Shown one piece after another: positions 61,721 through 64,000 of a stretch of DNA of 64,000 bases. A program made the translations under genes and the position numbers. Positions within the stretch are counted from its first letter, which is position 1. Every line of letters begins with the position of its first letter. The notes under the pieces were generated by a model that worked only from the letters and a program-made list of their open reading frames with translations, was not told the DNA's origin and searched no databases. Source of the stretch: an uncultured Cytophagales bacterium (GTDB taxonomy: Bacteria > Bacteroidota > Bacteroidia > Cytophagales > Cyclobacteriaceae); NCBI GenBank assembly GCA_963719535.1, contig CAVRCH010000014.1, positions 51,914 through 115,913 of the forward strand, in the 5' to 3' direction.

Positions 61721-63504
61721 TTAATTTAAGCTTTGAGCAAGCCACCAGTCAATTTTCTCTTCTAATAGAGTAAGCGGCATAGCGCCATCTTTTAATATTT
61801 CGTCATGAAATTCCCTAATATCAAAGCGATCGCCTAGTGTTTTTTTTGATTTTTCTCTTAATTGTAGAATTTTCAAAGCTCCTATTTTGTAGCTCGTGGC
61901 TTGGCCTGGCACCACCATGTAACGTTCTATGCGTTGCTCAGCTACAAAAGGAGTAACTGGTTGATTTTCTAATACATAAGCGATCGCTTTTTCTCTACTC
62001 CAACCTTTGCTATGCATGCCAGCATCTACCACTAAGCGCACTGCGCGCTCCATCTCAAGGTTAAGGCGGCCCATATATTGGAAAGGATTGGTATACATTC
62101 CTAATTCTTTACCCAGGCTTTCAGCATATAATGCCCACCCTTCTACGTAAGCTGTGTTAAAGTAGGACATACGAAATTCGGGTATTTGAGCTTCCTGTTG
62201 CAGGGCTAATTGATAATGATGACCAGGAATTGCTTCATGCATAAAGAGTGCCTCCATTTGAAATACATTATATTCCGAAGGATCGCGAACAGTTTCATAA
62301 AATACACCCGGCCTGGTTCCATCTCTTGAGGCTACACTGTATTGTGCATTGGAGCCTCCTTCTCTAAATTTTTCCGTGGCACGTACTTCAAAACTTGCAC
62401 GAGGTCTTTTGTTAAATAACTTTTTTAATTGAGGCTCCATCCTTGCTTCAAAACTTCTATAGTGATTAAGTACTTCATCCTCAGTATCAAAAGGAAAAAA
62501 TTGAGAATCTGTTAAAATGTACTGAAAGAATTTTGACAAATTTCCCTCAAAGCCTGTTTTGATTCGTAGCGAATCCATCTCTTTCCTTATTCTGGCCACT
62601 TCGCTTAGCCCCAAACGAAAGATGGAGTCAGCGCTAATATCTGTGGTGGTGAATTTTCTAAGCCAGTAGTCATATTCTTTTTTTCCTCCGCTATTGCCAA
62701 TTAGCCCTGTGCTTTCGCGGGCATTTGGAATGTAGGTGCTCTCAAGATAGGTATTCAATTTTTTATATGACGGCTTCAGGTAACTTTCAATAGCTCGGGA
62801 ATAGTCTGAAATGAGATTTGCCTTTGCAGCACTATCCATTTCTATAGGTAAATTTTGCAACGGCTGGTAAAGGATGTTCTCCGATCCTTCTTTTTCATAA
62901 AGCGGTCTTAACTGCTCAGGCACCTTCTTCATGGCTGCTTTAGGAGGAGTATCTTTTAGCTCAAGACCAGCTTGCAAATTCCCGATGGTCTTATCAGTCC
63001 ATTTCATATATGCGACCATACGGCTCATAAAATTCCGATAATCGCTCTAGTGTTGAAAGGCACATATGCAGCACCTGAAGCCAGCACTGCAAACTGCTGA
63101 GGAAAGCTCCAGGCAAATTGGTCAACAGGCCGGGTAATCCATAGATATTTATTGGACAAACCTTCTGTTTCAATTTCCAGTTCGCTTTTCAATATCTGGA
63201 AACTTAATTTTTCGTTTTTTGTAAGACTTTCGTACGGAATGTTCTTAAGAGTGTCTAAATATCTGTTATTAAATGAAATTAGCTCTTCCAGGTAATCGTC
63301 ACTGACGGTCATAGCTAATTGATCATTGTAAGTATTTATTCCATTTTTTGTGGCTTCCAAGGGGTTTAACGCATAATACTCTTCTGCATAATTTTCGAGT
63401 ATGCCATCCATATCAATTCTAACGCTCTCAGTTTTAATACTTGAACAAGCTGCAAAAAGAACGAGTAAATTAAAGTATAACAGTATCCTTTTTTTCATCT
63501 TCAT
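61721..63504 (-). pseudogene. DUF885 family lipoprotein split by a frameshift near 63045
   Basis: HEAIPGHHYQ, EGWALYAE, PGQATSYKIG; junction restores PFNT..DYRNFMSRM with one extra base. Confidence 0.82.
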
Positions 63505-63745
63505 TTGTGCGCGATCATATTTAAACAACTTTAATTAAGTCATATTCCAAATTTTAAAAAAACCACCTAGGACGAAGGCACCGATTTATTGTCCGAAGAG
63601 TGGGTGTCATTTATCAAGGCATCTCGCATAACTCTGTTTTTTTCTTTGGGGCAGCAGCAACTGATGAGAATTAAGATAAATACTTTCAATACTAGTGTTC
63701 TTTTCTCCATAGTGAAATAGATTATTATTCAGGAATACAACGCAA

Positions 63746-64000
63746 TTAGCCTGGGAGTCTTGATTTCAAAAACTTGATTTGTCCGTTATGGTTGGCCATG
63801 TGCTCGCACGCATGAAACAATCTGTAAAATTTGTTGACTGGTTTATCAGGAGTAGAAAACATAAGGTCTGGTGAAAGCAACCATTCGTCATCCTTTTGTT
63901 GAAGGGCAGCCATTGTTTCATTTCTCACCTCATCCATTATATTTAAATAGTAATCAATCTCGTGTCCTTTGATATCTTTACTCGAAGGGTCGGCCAGTTT
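63746..64000 (-). CDS. DinB family protein (partial, runs off the window edge)
   Basis: IKGHEIDYYL...R.ET...KDDEWL...FHACEHMANHNGQI. Confidence 0.8.
   Translation of the reverse strand, partial: KLADPSSKDIKGHEIDYYLNIMDEVRNETMAALQQKDDEWLLSPDLMFSTPDKPVNKFYRLFHACEHMANHNGQIKFLKSRLPG

Overview
AT-rich Bacteroidota DNA, most likely Cytophagales (TAnnTTTG -7 promoter elements, CzcA-TolC fusion, DUF3276, DUF5103). Layout: (i) 0-8.6 kb: core-like genes (ECF sigma with a dual-membrane-spanning anti-sigma, T9SS-plug-like lipoprotein, a lone cas6 with no array, ychF). (ii) 8.7-29.3 kb: a dispersed sulfane-sulfur cluster (two persulfide-dioxygenase/rhodanese fusions, OprD-like porin, YeeE/YedE pair, TlpA, DUF2892s, rhodaneses, TauE). 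It is interrupted by a lipoprotein/two-component insert, a lipoprotein-type katG and a RAYT/REP locus. (iii) 29.5-37.7 kb: a peptidoglycan hydrolase + patatin pair, then aceBA with a divergent RamB/ScfR-type regulator. (iv) 37.7-47.7 kb: a variable, co-oriented cassette-like region with attC-like inverted repeats, one intact and two decayed TA modules, and tandem desaturases. (v) 47.8-64 kb: ABC permease, a heavy-metal RND operon and hydrolases, two genes split by frameshifts. Most notable: seven GTAAC-N4-GTTAC palindromes, six of them exactly 22 bp upstream of a -7 element, which link the sulfur genes and the metal-efflux operon into one putative activator regulon. Also notable are a RAYT locus whose REP hairpins are separated by copies of neighbouring gene ends, an orphan Cas6, and integron-cassette-like repeats without an integrase. 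All calls come from manual motif recognition; no database searches were run.
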